A stretch of 64,000 nucleotides of DNA, from assembly GCA_903825415.1 (NCBI GenBank), contig CAIKAN010000028.1:3474-67473 (forward strand). The letters are read 5' to 3'. Below the pieces are notes generated by a model. It searched no databases and was not told where the DNA came from. It saw only the letters and a program-made list of their open reading frames with translations. Origin of the DNA: an uncultured bacterium. Its GTDB lineage: Bacteria > Patescibacteriota > Minisyncoccia > Phycocordibacterales > PALSA-1337. A program made the translations under genes and the position numbers. This document shows, piece by piece, positions 7,701-16,356 of the stretch (position 1 is its first letter; each line of letters opens with the position of its first letter).

Positions 7701-10700
7701 AGCGGTCAAGCGACGCTCGATCAGAATGGTCAGACGACGATCAAGCCGACGGGCTCAGTCTTCTCAGGCACCGGCCAAGACCAGAGCAAGATCGTAGTGA
7801 TCGATTCGACGGTCAAGAATCAAGAAGGGAGGAGCATATCGGCGCAGAAATCATTCATCATGCATGCCGCACCGATATATATCGGAAGCAAGATCGTAGA
7901 GCCATTCATCGGCAAAGGAGAAGCGATCTCGCTCAAATTGAAGACTGTCGATACCGCTGCTAACCCAAGATCGCTCGGAGTCAAGGTCAATCTGTATCAC
8001 GTCTATTGGACGAGCACCAAGAACGGCAATGGCAATATGATCTGGGATCAAAAGCGCGATCTAGTCAAAGCCATTGACGCCAGCACGGATTCCAATGGCG
8101 ATGGCAGCCTTGCTCTGCCGCAAGTCGATGAAGGAGAATATGCCGTCGATGTCACCTCAGGGCAGGATGGCGCGGCAGTCGGCAGCCGATCTTGGTTCTA
8201 TGTCTATGGAGACCAGAATGTCTCTGTGAGGGGCAGCGACGATACATCGCTTGAAATGGTCTTGAATGATACCACGGTCAAGAGTGGCACTACGGCAGAA
8301 GTCCTGATCAAAATGCCGGAGGGGAAAGGCAAGGCGCTAGTGACGATCGAGCGAGGCAGCATCTATAGTTACAAGATCATAGATCTTACTGGGTCACTGA
8401 CTCGTTTTCAATTTCCCGTTGAGCAGAGATATTATCCCAATGTCTATGTGAGCGTCGTAGCCTATGCTCCGAACAGGGCAGTGCGCTTCGGCAGTCAGAA
8501 TATAAAGGTAGATAGCGATCAAAAGAAGCTCGATCTGACCATCTCTCCCGATAAGCAGCAATATAGCCCTGGCGATAAGGTGACATTGAATATCCGCTCT
8601 ACTGATTCCAGCGGCAAGCCTGTCATCGCTGATGTCTCATTAGCCGTTGTCGAGATGAATGTGCTCGCGCTTCGAGGCAATCCTCACAAGGACCCGCTCC
8701 AATATTTTTACGGGAATATCCCGCTCACAATTGGAACAGCGTCGAATTACAAGAGCTTGCTCAAGGATATACCTTGGCAAAGCAGTGACGGCAAGGGAGG
8801 GGGAGGTGGAGACCTAGACAAGCAGAAGAGCCGCGGCAATTTCAAGGAAGTGGCCTATTGGAATGCTGATATCATGACGGATCAAGGCGGCAATGCTGTC
8901 CTCTCATTCGTTTTGCCGGACAATCTGACGACTTGGCAAGCAGAGGCAGTCGGCATCACACAGGATACGAGCCTCGGAGTGGCTTATAAGGAATTCATCT
9001 CGAGCAAAGAGCTGATGATCGTTCCTCTCGAGCCGCGATTCGTATTGCCTGGCGATAAGTTCTCTCTGGGGGCGACTATCTTCAATAATAGCCGAAATGA
9101 TTTCAAGGGGAGCGTCGCTTTGACGGTCCCATCTACACTAGATTCTTCAAAAGCCTCTCTGAAGAGCGACATGAGCTTGAAGGCGGGGGAATCAAAAGAT
9201 GTATATTTTGATCTGTCTGTGCCTGAAACAGCTCAGCCTGGAGATATCCCTTATACTATCGAGGCCTCTGGATCAGGCTTATCGGATTCGGTCGTGGACA
9301 CGATCAAAGTCAATCCGAGCAGCGCATACGAGGTGACTGCGACGGCCGGTCAAACCGATTCTTCCGCCAGCGAATCAATATATGTTCCTACTACCATAAT
9401 CCCGAATATGGGCGAATTGTCTGTCAGAAGCTCGGCCACTCTAGCTATGTATCTGCCTCAGGCTTTGAATTATATGATCGATTATCCTTATGATTGCACT
9501 GAACAGATGGGGAGCCAGATCCAAGCGATAGCGCTCATGGATAAGGCACATCTGCTTTTCACCAACGGGACTTCTACTTATACAGGGAAGATCTTGTTCG
9601 ATGGAAAGGAACAAAAAGCTCAGGATATCATCCAGAGCCGATTGCAATCGATATATAACAGGCAGAGCTCCGATGGAGGATTCAGGCTCTGGTCCGAAAG
9701 CTATAGTTCGAGCTTATTCGCGACCGAGGAAGCTTTGAAGGCTTTTGACACCCTGAAGAGCGCTGGCTATAGCATCGATGAGACTGCTTGGGATAAGGGC
9801 GCAGATTATCTGTACAGTCAATATTCACATTCGAATATAGTATATTCAGACGAAGAGATCATTGCTTTTGCGGAAGCCCTATACACGAGGCCGCGATATG
9901 TCTCTGATCTATCCTTCGCGAAAGATTTCAATTCTGCCGTAGATCGTATCCTTAAAAATGAAACTGTCTCTACCGGCACCTTGCTCTCCATTAGCGGATT
10001 GTCGCATCGATACGGATTCTTGGCTTCGCAATCAAAAAAGATCGATCTCACGCTTGAGAACAGGGTGATAGTCGATTCTCGAGGCAGTTTCCTTGATGCT
10101 TCTAGTGGCGGCTATCGCTATGAGACTGCTATATCTAATACAGCTCGCTATATAGAATTGCTCTCCATGGAAAAGCAAAATCAGGCCGAATTGCCAAATC
10201 TATTGCGCTGGCTGACCCTGTCGCGCTCGAAAGACGGCTCATGGGACTCGACAGAGAATAATCTGGCTGTGATCAAGGGTTTCACCCAGTATCTCGATTG
10301 GCAGCCTGAGACATCTGCTGTCTTCATGGAAACCAATTCCTTGAATGGGGAGACGATCGATACCTTCTCTTATAAGCCTGAAAATATCCTGACCACGATC
10401 TCGAAGACTCTGCCTATGAGCCGATTGCAGTTCGGTGGCATGAATACGGTGGCCTTCGCCAGATCGGCCGATGGAGCCGCTTCAAAAGGCAAGATCTATT
10501 ACGACCTTAGCTTGAAGTATTATCTTCCGGCCGATACTATGGGACCGCGTGATGAGGGCTTTGCTATCTCGCATGGATTCTATGCTCTATCCGATACCAA
10601 AGGGCAGACCCCCATCAACCAAGCGCATGTTGGAGATGTTCTGCGGGAGCATATCGAATTCACCGTGCCGGTGACCAGGAATGATGTATCGATCGAAGAC

Positions 10701-11039
10701 TTCATCCCTGCAGGAATGGAGATAGTCGATACTAGTCTAGCGACTGAAGATAAGACCCTTTCTAACGACGTCGTTCGTTCGGCGTATGAAGATCAAGATA
10801 TTTCCAACAGTGAACAGGATGTGCAAGATTCGACATTCTGGCCAGACCATCAGGAGTGGAAGGATGATCGAGCTTTTCTCTATAAAGAGAGCCTTAGCCC
10901 AGGCACCTATTCATTCGATTATAAAGTGAGAGCGCTCGTTCCGGGCAAATATCTGCGCCTGCCAAGCCAGATCTCTGAATTATACACGCCTGAGAATTTC
11001 GGTCGCACAGGAGCAGGATCATTTACTATCGATAAATAG
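4725..11039 (+). CDS. alpha-2-macroglobulin family protein with a thioester, N-terminally membrane-anchored
   Basis: 2104 aa. N-terminal TM helix. Thioester motif DYPYDCTEQMG (CxEQ). Large beta-rich body. Confidence 0.85.
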   Translation: MNKTKLARVGIVVLVVVLCVAAYAVFHGLIGNPFHIPAKNYQAAYRLVPEKVSLSAAISVSLPTGTSMQNFDPTKQVMFDPKIEGRWIDGKVASIIPSAHAAEAEPVYYFQPNKTLALNKHYSVTLALSEGKTMQSDFLVVPDPAVISILPHDGEVVTDTKISIVFNRPMVPLSTIDEMSPTDPPVSISPNTAGRFKWISTNTLQFISDSGLIGSAKYTVSVKAGLKSLEGLDVKPFTASFTTRHLRFWTDPSSYSDSKATTAVRGYNQPFLIRFNQAVDLDRTKNSVTVNDGEKNIPFSVQEGKIDGPLDPSIMAIYPAGGDSGVWQLHRTYTVTVTHAYPASHGDISLDAPGTFYFSVDNIYSSLTVLSPRTSDASLDRFDPQGQLAMHFYEDIDLAKSKITGPAVNSVVYGEKCKDDVNTSKCTKVPDQSLLLVSFDADKLKTGDTTEVDLDSIASASGNSLSSTRTPISLSVYGPLAIFDVKSGDSLNTLTICSNNPLQTDSAKQKIDSTPVVKPLSWSHSYRSDVNHYGTISPCAVGQFITSVSGYLLPQAGYQGKIEAADVFGGSASKAFDFSTRDATDNDYELHNYQSTDIVAVPGKTKMTFAETFLPRITSTVCRLSPYDYYRVRQDYKLDARDYCQETVSKTIELPTDQPGRVFFGVDIADYFPDQIGNYAVLLSSPLLAVNRNNSWRYSTVSYISVTNLVVTQKSINPSLTAGYNGAILRGDQINKLQNMYWVIDARTQGPVAGASVKTYKDGSVVETATTNDQGLAYLVPIADPEMTVVSLGGDNAVMAGGATVLNYAESASNAQKTFLYTDKPIYRPGQEVDIKGLLRAGYDGYYEAPSATPMTLTVTDPSNAAVKQVQLTPNGFGSISTILDLDPSAKLGTYSACIKYQCAYFDVLDYAPAAFKVDMTTAKDEYNKGDDPAIQVSSNYYFGIPVSNVALNYHVSSQYYYFDKYTKEYLNFNNLSDDMGQGYYYGDRYISSGQATLDQNGQTTIKPTGSVFSGTGQDQSKIVVIDSTVKNQEGRSISAQKSFIMHAAPIYIGSKIVEPFIGKGEAISLKLKTVDTAANPRSLGVKVNLYHVYWTSTKNGNGNMIWDQKRDLVKAIDASTDSNGDGSLALPQVDEGEYAVDVTSGQDGAAVGSRSWFYVYGDQNVSVRGSDDTSLEMVLNDTTVKSGTTAEVLIKMPEGKGKALVTIERGSIYSYKIIDLTGSLTRFQFPVEQRYYPNVYVSVVAYAPNRAVRFGSQNIKVDSDQKKLDLTISPDKQQYSPGDKVTLNIRSTDSSGKPVIADVSLAVVEMNVLALRGNPHKDPLQYFYGNIPLTIGTASNYKSLLKDIPWQSSDGKGGGGGDLDKQKSRGNFKEVAYWNADIMTDQGGNAVLSFVLPDNLTTWQAEAVGITQDTSLGVAYKEFISSKELMIVPLEPRFVLPGDKFSLGATIFNNSRNDFKGSVALTVPSTLDSSKASLKSDMSLKAGESKDVYFDLSVPETAQPGDIPYTIEASGSGLSDSVVDTIKVNPSSAYEVTATAGQTDSSASESIYVPTTIIPNMGELSVRSSATLAMYLPQALNYMIDYPYDCTEQMGSQIQAIALMDKAHLLFTNGTSTYTGKILFDGKEQKAQDIIQSRLQSIYNRQSSDGGFRLWSESYSSSLFATEEALKAFDTLKSAGYSIDETAWDKGADYLYSQYSHSNIVYSDEEIIAFAEALYTRPRYVSDLSFAKDFNSAVDRILKNETVSTGTLLSISGLSHRYGFLASQSKKIDLTLENRVIVDSRGSFLDASSGGYRYETAISNTARYIELLSMEKQNQAELPNLLRWLTLSRSKDGSWDSTENNLAVIKGFTQYLDWQPETSAVFMETNSLNGETIDTFSYKPENILTTISKTLPMSRLQFGGMNTVAFARSADGAASKGKIYYDLSLKYYLPADTMGPRDEGFAISHGFYALSDTKGQTPINQAHVGDVLREHIEFTVPVTRNDVSIEDFIPAGMEIVDTSLATEDKTLSNDVVRSAYEDQDISNSEQDVQDSTFWPDHQEWKDDRAFLYKESLSPGTYSFDYKVRALVPGKYLRLPSQISELYTPENFGRTGAGSFTIDK

Positions 11040-12881
11040 GTCTCTGGCTTTCTCGATATCATCGCCGGATATCTCGTAGGCAGAGTTTGTCGTCCCTCCG
11101 ATCGGGCGGATCTTATCAAAAGCGAAAGGAGTCTTCTTGTTGTATGTAGAATGCGACATGAGCTCCATGACCTGACTCCAAATCTCGCCGGCGCCGCTCT
11201 GTCCGGACAATCTCTTTGTAGATTTGTTATCGGCATTGCCGACCCATACTCCTACCAAGAAATCTGGCGTGAATCCTATAACCCAACTATCATGATAATC
11301 GTCGGATGTCCCAGTTTTCAGCGCGTAATTATCTAGAGGAATATTCAGATCGCTCCTGTAGCCGAATTGATCCGTAGCGAGATGGCGGTCGGATAGGATC
11401 TTTGTCACTAGCTGGGTGTATTGTGGTTCTATGACTTGTCTTGAGCTTTGCGGAAAGAAGCTGGAATTCAAACTTTGATCGGAGAATAGATGCATTGAAT
11501 TCAGTTTTCCTTGATTGGGGAAGATGGTATAGAGATGAGCCAGATCCGGAAGGGTCATATCGATGGTACCGAGAGCGGCGCCTATGCCGAGAGCATGCAC
11601 TTTTTTCGTATCTGCATATCCAAGGGTGCTCAAAAAATCGGCAAAATGATCTACTCCTACAAAAGAGAGCGTCTTGACTGCGGGAATATTTATGCTGTTA
11701 TCTAGAGCATACGCTGCTGTGATCCTGCCGTGGAATTTCCCATCATAATTCCTAAGATAGAACGATTGGCCATCGTCAGTCTTGTACTCATACTCCTCGT
11801 CGTCGATCAGGGTATATGGCCTGGCTCCCATCTCAAAAGCTTTAGCATAGACTAGAGGCTTTATGGTCGAAGCGACTTGGCGCGGTTCTTGGAGCATGTT
11901 GATCTGTTGGCCATAGCTAATGCCTGTCGGGTCCGGGCTTCCGATGAAAGTCAGGATCTCATTCTCAGGCAGCTTCATGATCACGATAGCCATATTGTGC
12001 GCATCGCGATCTGATAGAGAGGGGACTATTGATCCGAGGATCTGCCGAACATTCGTGGTTAATTTTGAATCGATCGAGGTCTTGATCTCTTTGGGCATAT
12101 CTTTCATCGACTGGATATATGGCCTGAGCTCGAAGCTATCTTCCTTTTCTTGAAATGAAGACAGATTCTGTTTGACTGTATCTGGACTAGCGAAGCTCTG
12201 ATCTACTGTTTGTACGCCGAGCTGCTTTGCCAGGATTCTCGACTTGCGGATGTTGCTCTCGGATAAGGGATTATCGAAACTGGGATCGCTCAATGTTCCT
12301 AATAATTGGACTATCTCCTCTGTCGAGAGCTTCTCAGGAGATTTATTGAAATATGCCTTACTAGCCGTTTTCAGACCTTGAATATGATTGCCGAAATAGG
12401 CCGTATTGCAGTAGGCGAGGAGGATGGAGGATTTCGGCATATAGAGGTCATACATCATCGCATCCATTGTCTCAATCGCTTTATTAGAAATGGTTCGCCT
12501 AGTCTCGTTCCCAAGCAGCATCTTGGCGAGCTGCTGATCGATGGTGCTAGCGCTGCGGCGATTCCCGATCCCCATTTTAGTGAGGATGAGCTGTGTGGTC
12601 CCAATCGGATTCATGCCAGGATGAGAGTAGAAATGCTTGTCTTCTTTGCTCAGCAAAAGCTCAGCGAATCTTTGCGGTACGCTCGTCGCGAATATCGAAT
12701 AGTTGCCTCTGCTATTCGGCAAGATCCAGATCGGTTCGCCGCTCCTATCAACGACGACTGTCGACTGAATATCTTCATACGCTCTATTGAGCCCTCGGCT
12801 GATCATGGCGGTGAGGACTATGAGAATGAAAATGATGAGCAGGCTTGCTTTCAGTACGGTTTTTTTCAGGGAAATCTTCAT
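11019..12881 (-). CDS. pbpC: class A penicillin-binding protein (PBP1C-like transglycosylase/transpeptidase)
   Basis: N-terminal TM. Glycosyltransferase motifs EDKHFYSHPG and RSASTIDQQ. Transpeptidase motifs STIKP (SxxK) and KTGT. Convergent with the A2M gene, overlapping its end by 21 nt. Confidence 0.85.
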   Translation of the reverse strand: MKISLKKTVLKASLLIIFILIVLTAMISRGLNRAYEDIQSTVVVDRSGEPIWILPNSRGNYSIFATSVPQRFAELLLSKEDKHFYSHPGMNPIGTTQLILTKMGIGNRRSASTIDQQLAKMLLGNETRRTISNKAIETMDAMMYDLYMPKSSILLAYCNTAYFGNHIQGLKTASKAYFNKSPEKLSTEEIVQLLGTLSDPSFDNPLSESNIRKSRILAKQLGVQTVDQSFASPDTVKQNLSSFQEKEDSFELRPYIQSMKDMPKEIKTSIDSKLTTNVRQILGSIVPSLSDRDAHNMAIVIMKLPENEILTFIGSPDPTGISYGQQINMLQEPRQVASTIKPLVYAKAFEMGARPYTLIDDEEYEYKTDDGQSFYLRNYDGKFHGRITAAYALDNSINIPAVKTLSFVGVDHFADFLSTLGYADTKKVHALGIGAALGTIDMTLPDLAHLYTIFPNQGKLNSMHLFSDQSLNSSFFPQSSRQVIEPQYTQLVTKILSDRHLATDQFGYRSDLNIPLDNYALKTGTSDDYHDSWVIGFTPDFLVGVWVGNADNKSTKRLSGQSGAGEIWSQVMELMSHSTYNKKTPFAFDKIRPIGGTTNSAYEISGDDIEKARDLFIDSK

Positions 12882-12990
12882 GGCTTTGACGATAGCGGTT
12901 TAGAACGAGCGCGTAGAATATAGTGTACGTGCTCCTTGTGATTATTTCAATCTTTGCGGCTTAAATCCGTTCGAATAATGCTCACACGGC

Positions 12991-13830
12991 ATGCTAGTAA
13001 GTGCTATACTGTCTCCCATGAGTTTTTTCAAATTCAACAAAGAAATAAAGACGGAGGATTTGAAACTTTCAGATTACGATCAAATCTGGACAAAGTTTTG
13101 TTTTCTGGATGAGACAGGGAGTCTGAACAATCTAACAGACCCGTTTTTCAGCGTCGGCATCATTAAATTGAGTCAGCCGTATTATTTGATGAATAAGATC
13201 CTCTATGAGAGAAACAAGAGGAATTTTCATGATGAGATGCATTTCAACAAATTATCGAGGAAGAATATTGAATTTGCGAAGTTTGCGTTAGGAGCATTTT
13301 TTGATGCGAAAAGCACACATTTTTATTCATATTCTATCGATAAGGAAGGGGAATATTTCAAGAAAGAATTTGGCAACGATCCATGGCAGGCGTATGAGCA
13401 ATTGACGATGCGATTGATTGAAGCCGCGCTAGCGGAAAAAGAGATTCTTATCTTACTTGCTGATCATGTCACAACGCCGAAAGATGTTCGATTCGAAGTG
13501 AATGTAAAGAAGAATGTTAACAGTAAGCTGGGCAGATTGGCTTTGGCTGGGGTGTGTCGAATCAATTCGCGCTCTAATGATTTGTTACAGTTAGTTGACC
13601 TCATAATTGGAGCAATCAGTTATGACTTGAAAATCAAGACAGGTGCGATAGAGGGTAATAGTCGCTGTAAAAGAGAATTGCTCAATTGTCTGAAAAAGAA
13701 TCTAGGGACTGATACTCTTATAAATGGATTCAAAAATAGGAATTTCAATATATTTGTCGATAAGGATATGAAGCAAAGGTTGCCGTTGCCGCCAAATACT
13801 GAGGTAAATGAAAAAGAGCAATCATCCTAA
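12991..13830 (+). CDS. hypothetical protein, DUF3800-like (FLDETGS motif)
   Basis: N-terminal …CFLDETGSL… resembles the DUF3800 'FIDESG' signature. Nothing else recognised. Confidence 0.35.
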   Translation: MLVSAILSPMSFFKFNKEIKTEDLKLSDYDQIWTKFCFLDETGSLNNLTDPFFSVGIIKLSQPYYLMNKILYERNKRNFHDEMHFNKLSRKNIEFAKFALGAFFDAKSTHFYSYSIDKEGEYFKKEFGNDPWQAYEQLTMRLIEAALAEKEILILLADHVTTPKDVRFEVNVKKNVNSKLGRLALAGVCRINSRSNDLLQLVDLIIGAISYDLKIKTGAIEGNSRCKRELLNCLKKNLGTDTLINGFKNRNFNIFVDKDMKQRLPLPPNTEVNEKEQSS

Positions 13831-13955
13831 CGGTTGACGCCCTTTCTCGGTACATTTACTATACTAGCGTATGTAAGAAAAAGGTGCAAGAGAGAGGGTA
13901 ATCGGTTACTCTTCTATGATAGTATTCGTATATTACAGAATAACTATAAAACCCT

Positions 13956-14621
13956 ATGAAAAAGAACAAAGACGTACAGATCGAAGAAGAATGCATGTGC
14001 GCAGGCGATGATAGCTGTTCATGCGATGATCTGCTCTCATGCGGCTGCGCTCCATTGTCAGCGACTGATAGGATTATGGACATGAAGCTCAAGGCCTTCT
14101 ACAAAGGCGCCGAGAAGGAGATATCTCTTTCCGATTATCGTGGAAAATGGCTGATCCTCTTCTTCTATCCGGCCGATTTCACTTTCATCTGTCCCACCGA
14201 GCTCGAAGAGATGGCGGATATGTATCCAGAATTCCAGAAAGAGAAAGCTGAAGTCTTGAGCGTCAGCACTGATACGGTCTATACGCATAAGGCTTGGCAG
14301 GATGCTTCTCCGGCCATCAAGAAGATAAAATTCCCCATGATCGCTGATCGCGCAGGCGAGCTTTCTAGGATGATGGGCGTCTATATCGAGGAAGAGGGGA
14401 ATGCCCTGCGCGGCAGCTTCATCATCGACCCTGAAGGAGTGATCAGATCGGTGGAGATCAATGACAATAGCATCGGCAGGAATGCCAAGGAGCTCCTCCG
14501 GAAATTGCGCGCTGCGAAATTCGTCTATGAGCACAAGGACGCTGGTCTAGTTTGTCCAGCTAGCTGGAATCCTGGAGATGATACCTTGAAGCCGGGGATG
14601 GATCTGGTAGGGAAGATCTAA
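13956..14621 (+). CDS. 2-Cys peroxiredoxin (AhpC/Prx1 type); probable true start at ATG 14076
   Basis: Peroxidatic Cys in FTFICPTE and resolving Cys in GLVCPASW. The upstream in-frame extension (13956-14075) is Cys-rich and may be non-coding. Confidence 0.8.
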   Translation: MKKNKDVQIEEECMCAGDDSCSCDDLLSCGCAPLSATDRIMDMKLKAFYKGAEKEISLSDYRGKWLILFFYPADFTFICPTELEEMADMYPEFQKEKAEVLSVSTDTVYTHKAWQDASPAIKKIKFPMIADRAGELSRMMGVYIEEEGNALRGSFIIDPEGVIRSVEINDNSIGRNAKELLRKLRAAKFVYEHKDAGLVCPASWNPGDDTLKPGMDLVGKI

Positions 14622-14682
14622 TCAACCATTGTTTTGTAATGAGCTGATATCTTGTATTAAGAACATCCTGTATACTTAACCC

Positions 14683-15708
14683 ATGAATTTCCAACTCAAA
14701 AGATATCCCAGCAATAAGGACGCCAAGCCGATCTTGGTTCCGAGGCAAGATATCGACTGGGAAGTCAAAGCAGTCTTCAATCCTTCGGTCGTATATGACA
14801 AAGGGGTATTCAAGATGCTCTATCGGACTTATCCGGCGAGGCTGGGGTTGACGACTCCAAAGATGTTCTGCCCGGGATATTTCTTTCGGAATCAGACTTC
14901 CTACATCGGTTATGCGGAAAGCAAAGACGGCATCAATTTTGAGAGGAGGGATACTCCATTCATTTCGCCTGATACGGCATACGATGGATTCGGCTGTGAA
15001 GACCCGAGAATAACCAAGATAGGCGATACCTTCTATATCACCTATACAGCCATAGACGGCTCTCTCGAGCGCATTGAAAAAGGCCAGAGAAGCAAGACGA
15101 ATGTCCGGATCGCCATGGCTTCCACAAAAGATTTCATCACTTTAAAAAAGCATGGCATCATCGGCCCGCCGACATGGTCAAAGGCGGCGGCATTCTTCCC
15201 GGAGAAGGTTAAGGGAGGGAAGATCGGCTTGCTCATGACGATCGGTTCTGATACAGCCAACTCGCAGGTGATGGCAAGATATTATGACTCTATGGAAGAC
15301 GTGGTCTCCTCTTCTGTTGCTCAATGGGACGAATTATTAAAGAGCGGTAAGCCAACTCTGCGCACATATTCATGGCTTCATCGCGGGCCGGAATTAGGCG
15401 CAGCTCCGGTGAAGACAGACAGAGGGTGGCTGCTCATCTATTCCACAGAGTCCATGGGAAGTATTTGGACCGTCGGAGCCGCTCTCCTCGATATTGATAA
15501 CCCCGATATTTTGTTAGCGAAATCCGCCGGCAATATCTTGCAGCCGGCGACTCTCTATGAGAGGGATGGGCTAGTGCCCAATGTGACTTTTCCAGAAGGC
15601 GCAGTGATTGTGGAAGACGAGCTGTATGTATATTATGGTGCAGCTGATACAGTCATAGGCTTGGCGACTTGCAAGCTTGATGAGCTATTAGGTAGTCTCA
15701 AAAGCTAA
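14683..15708 (+). CDS. GH130-family glycoside phosphorylase/hydrolase-like protein (DUF377 beta-propeller)
   Basis: Motifs FNPSVVYDKG…, GCEDPRITKIGDTFYITYTA and YYGAADT are typical of GH130/GH43-like five-bladed propellers. Confidence 0.55.
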   Translation: MNFQLKRYPSNKDAKPILVPRQDIDWEVKAVFNPSVVYDKGVFKMLYRTYPARLGLTTPKMFCPGYFFRNQTSYIGYAESKDGINFERRDTPFISPDTAYDGFGCEDPRITKIGDTFYITYTAIDGSLERIEKGQRSKTNVRIAMASTKDFITLKKHGIIGPPTWSKAAAFFPEKVKGGKIGLLMTIGSDTANSQVMARYYDSMEDVVSSSVAQWDELLKSGKPTLRTYSWLHRGPELGAAPVKTDRGWLLIYSTESMGSIWTVGAALLDIDNPDILLAKSAGNILQPATLYERDGLVPNVTFPEGAVIVEDELYVYYGAADTVIGLATCKLDELLGSLKS

Positions 15709-15775
15709 AAATAGCAAAAAATCAGTACAACACATGTTTACCCAAGTAAAGCATTGACATTAAATTTAATAGTGC

Positions 15776-15985
15776 TAGTCTACTCAACTAGACAGCTGGT
15801 GAGAAGATAGCGTCAGGCCGCAAGGCCACTTGAATAGGCCCCTCCCTATGAGGCGCTACAATACAATTAAGACGCTTGAAACTTCCAGTAGCGGTATGCT
15901 GGGACAATACCAGTAACTTAGCTTGGATGCACATCGGCTGTCTGTTCTTTCGCCTCCTCCCCCTGGGTGGAGGTTTTTTATTTGG
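15776..15985 (+). ncRNA. candidate small ncRNA of about 200 nt with its own promoter and terminator (6S-like or unknown)
   Basis: TTGACA (about 15758) and a TAGTCT-like -10 lie upstream. The 5' end AGACAGC can pair with a 3' GCTGTCT. It ends in a CCTCC…GGAGG hairpin plus a T-run (about 15950-15985). A GNRA-capped helix GTCAGGCCGCAAGGCC is present. There is no ORF. Confidence 0.35.
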
Positions 15986-16082
15986 AGATCATGTTTCGGA
16001 ACGGAATGAATGAGCCTGCATTTGGAAACTGCAGGGGTGATTTTTTGTATATGAAATGATTCGATTGTGATAGACTCCTAAT

Positions 16083-16322
16083 ATGAAGAAACACGATATC
16101 AAAATATATTCGACCCCTACTTGTCATTATTGCACTGAGGCAAAGAGCTATTTGAAAGAGAAAGGGATCGCTTTCACGGAGATAGATGTCGGCGCTAGAA
16201 AAGAGATGATCAAGGAGATGGTCGAAAAGAGCGGACAGATGGGAGTGCCGGTTATCGATATAGACGGCACTATCATAGTCGGATTCAGGCAGGATCTGAT
16301 CGATGCTTCTCTCGCAAAATGA
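16083..16322 (+). CDS. glutaredoxin/NrdH-like small redox protein (CxxC)
   Basis: 79 aa with TCHYCTEAK (CxxC) in a thioredoxin-fold context. Confidence 0.75.
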   Translation: MKKHDIKIYSTPTCHYCTEAKSYLKEKGIAFTEIDVGARKEMIKEMVEKSGQMGVPVIDIDGTIIVGFRQDLIDASLAK

Positions 16323-16356
16323 ACCATCATCTCATGGATGCGCGATGGGAATGAGA

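Noticed and set aside
4884-11236. Numerous short antisense or alternate-frame ORFs inside the A2M gene (e.g. 4884-5180, 5087-5500, 10919-11236)
   Set aside because: They are fully contained within a 2104-aa ORF with clear domain signatures, have no motifs, and are typical shadow ORFs.
15800-15830. SRP (4.5S) RNA helix 8 similarity (GTCAGGCCGCAAGGCC)
   Set aside because: A GNRA-capped helix preceded by GUCAGG is suggestive, but the conserved 3'-strand AGCAGC is absent. The call is kept as a generic ncRNA candidate only.
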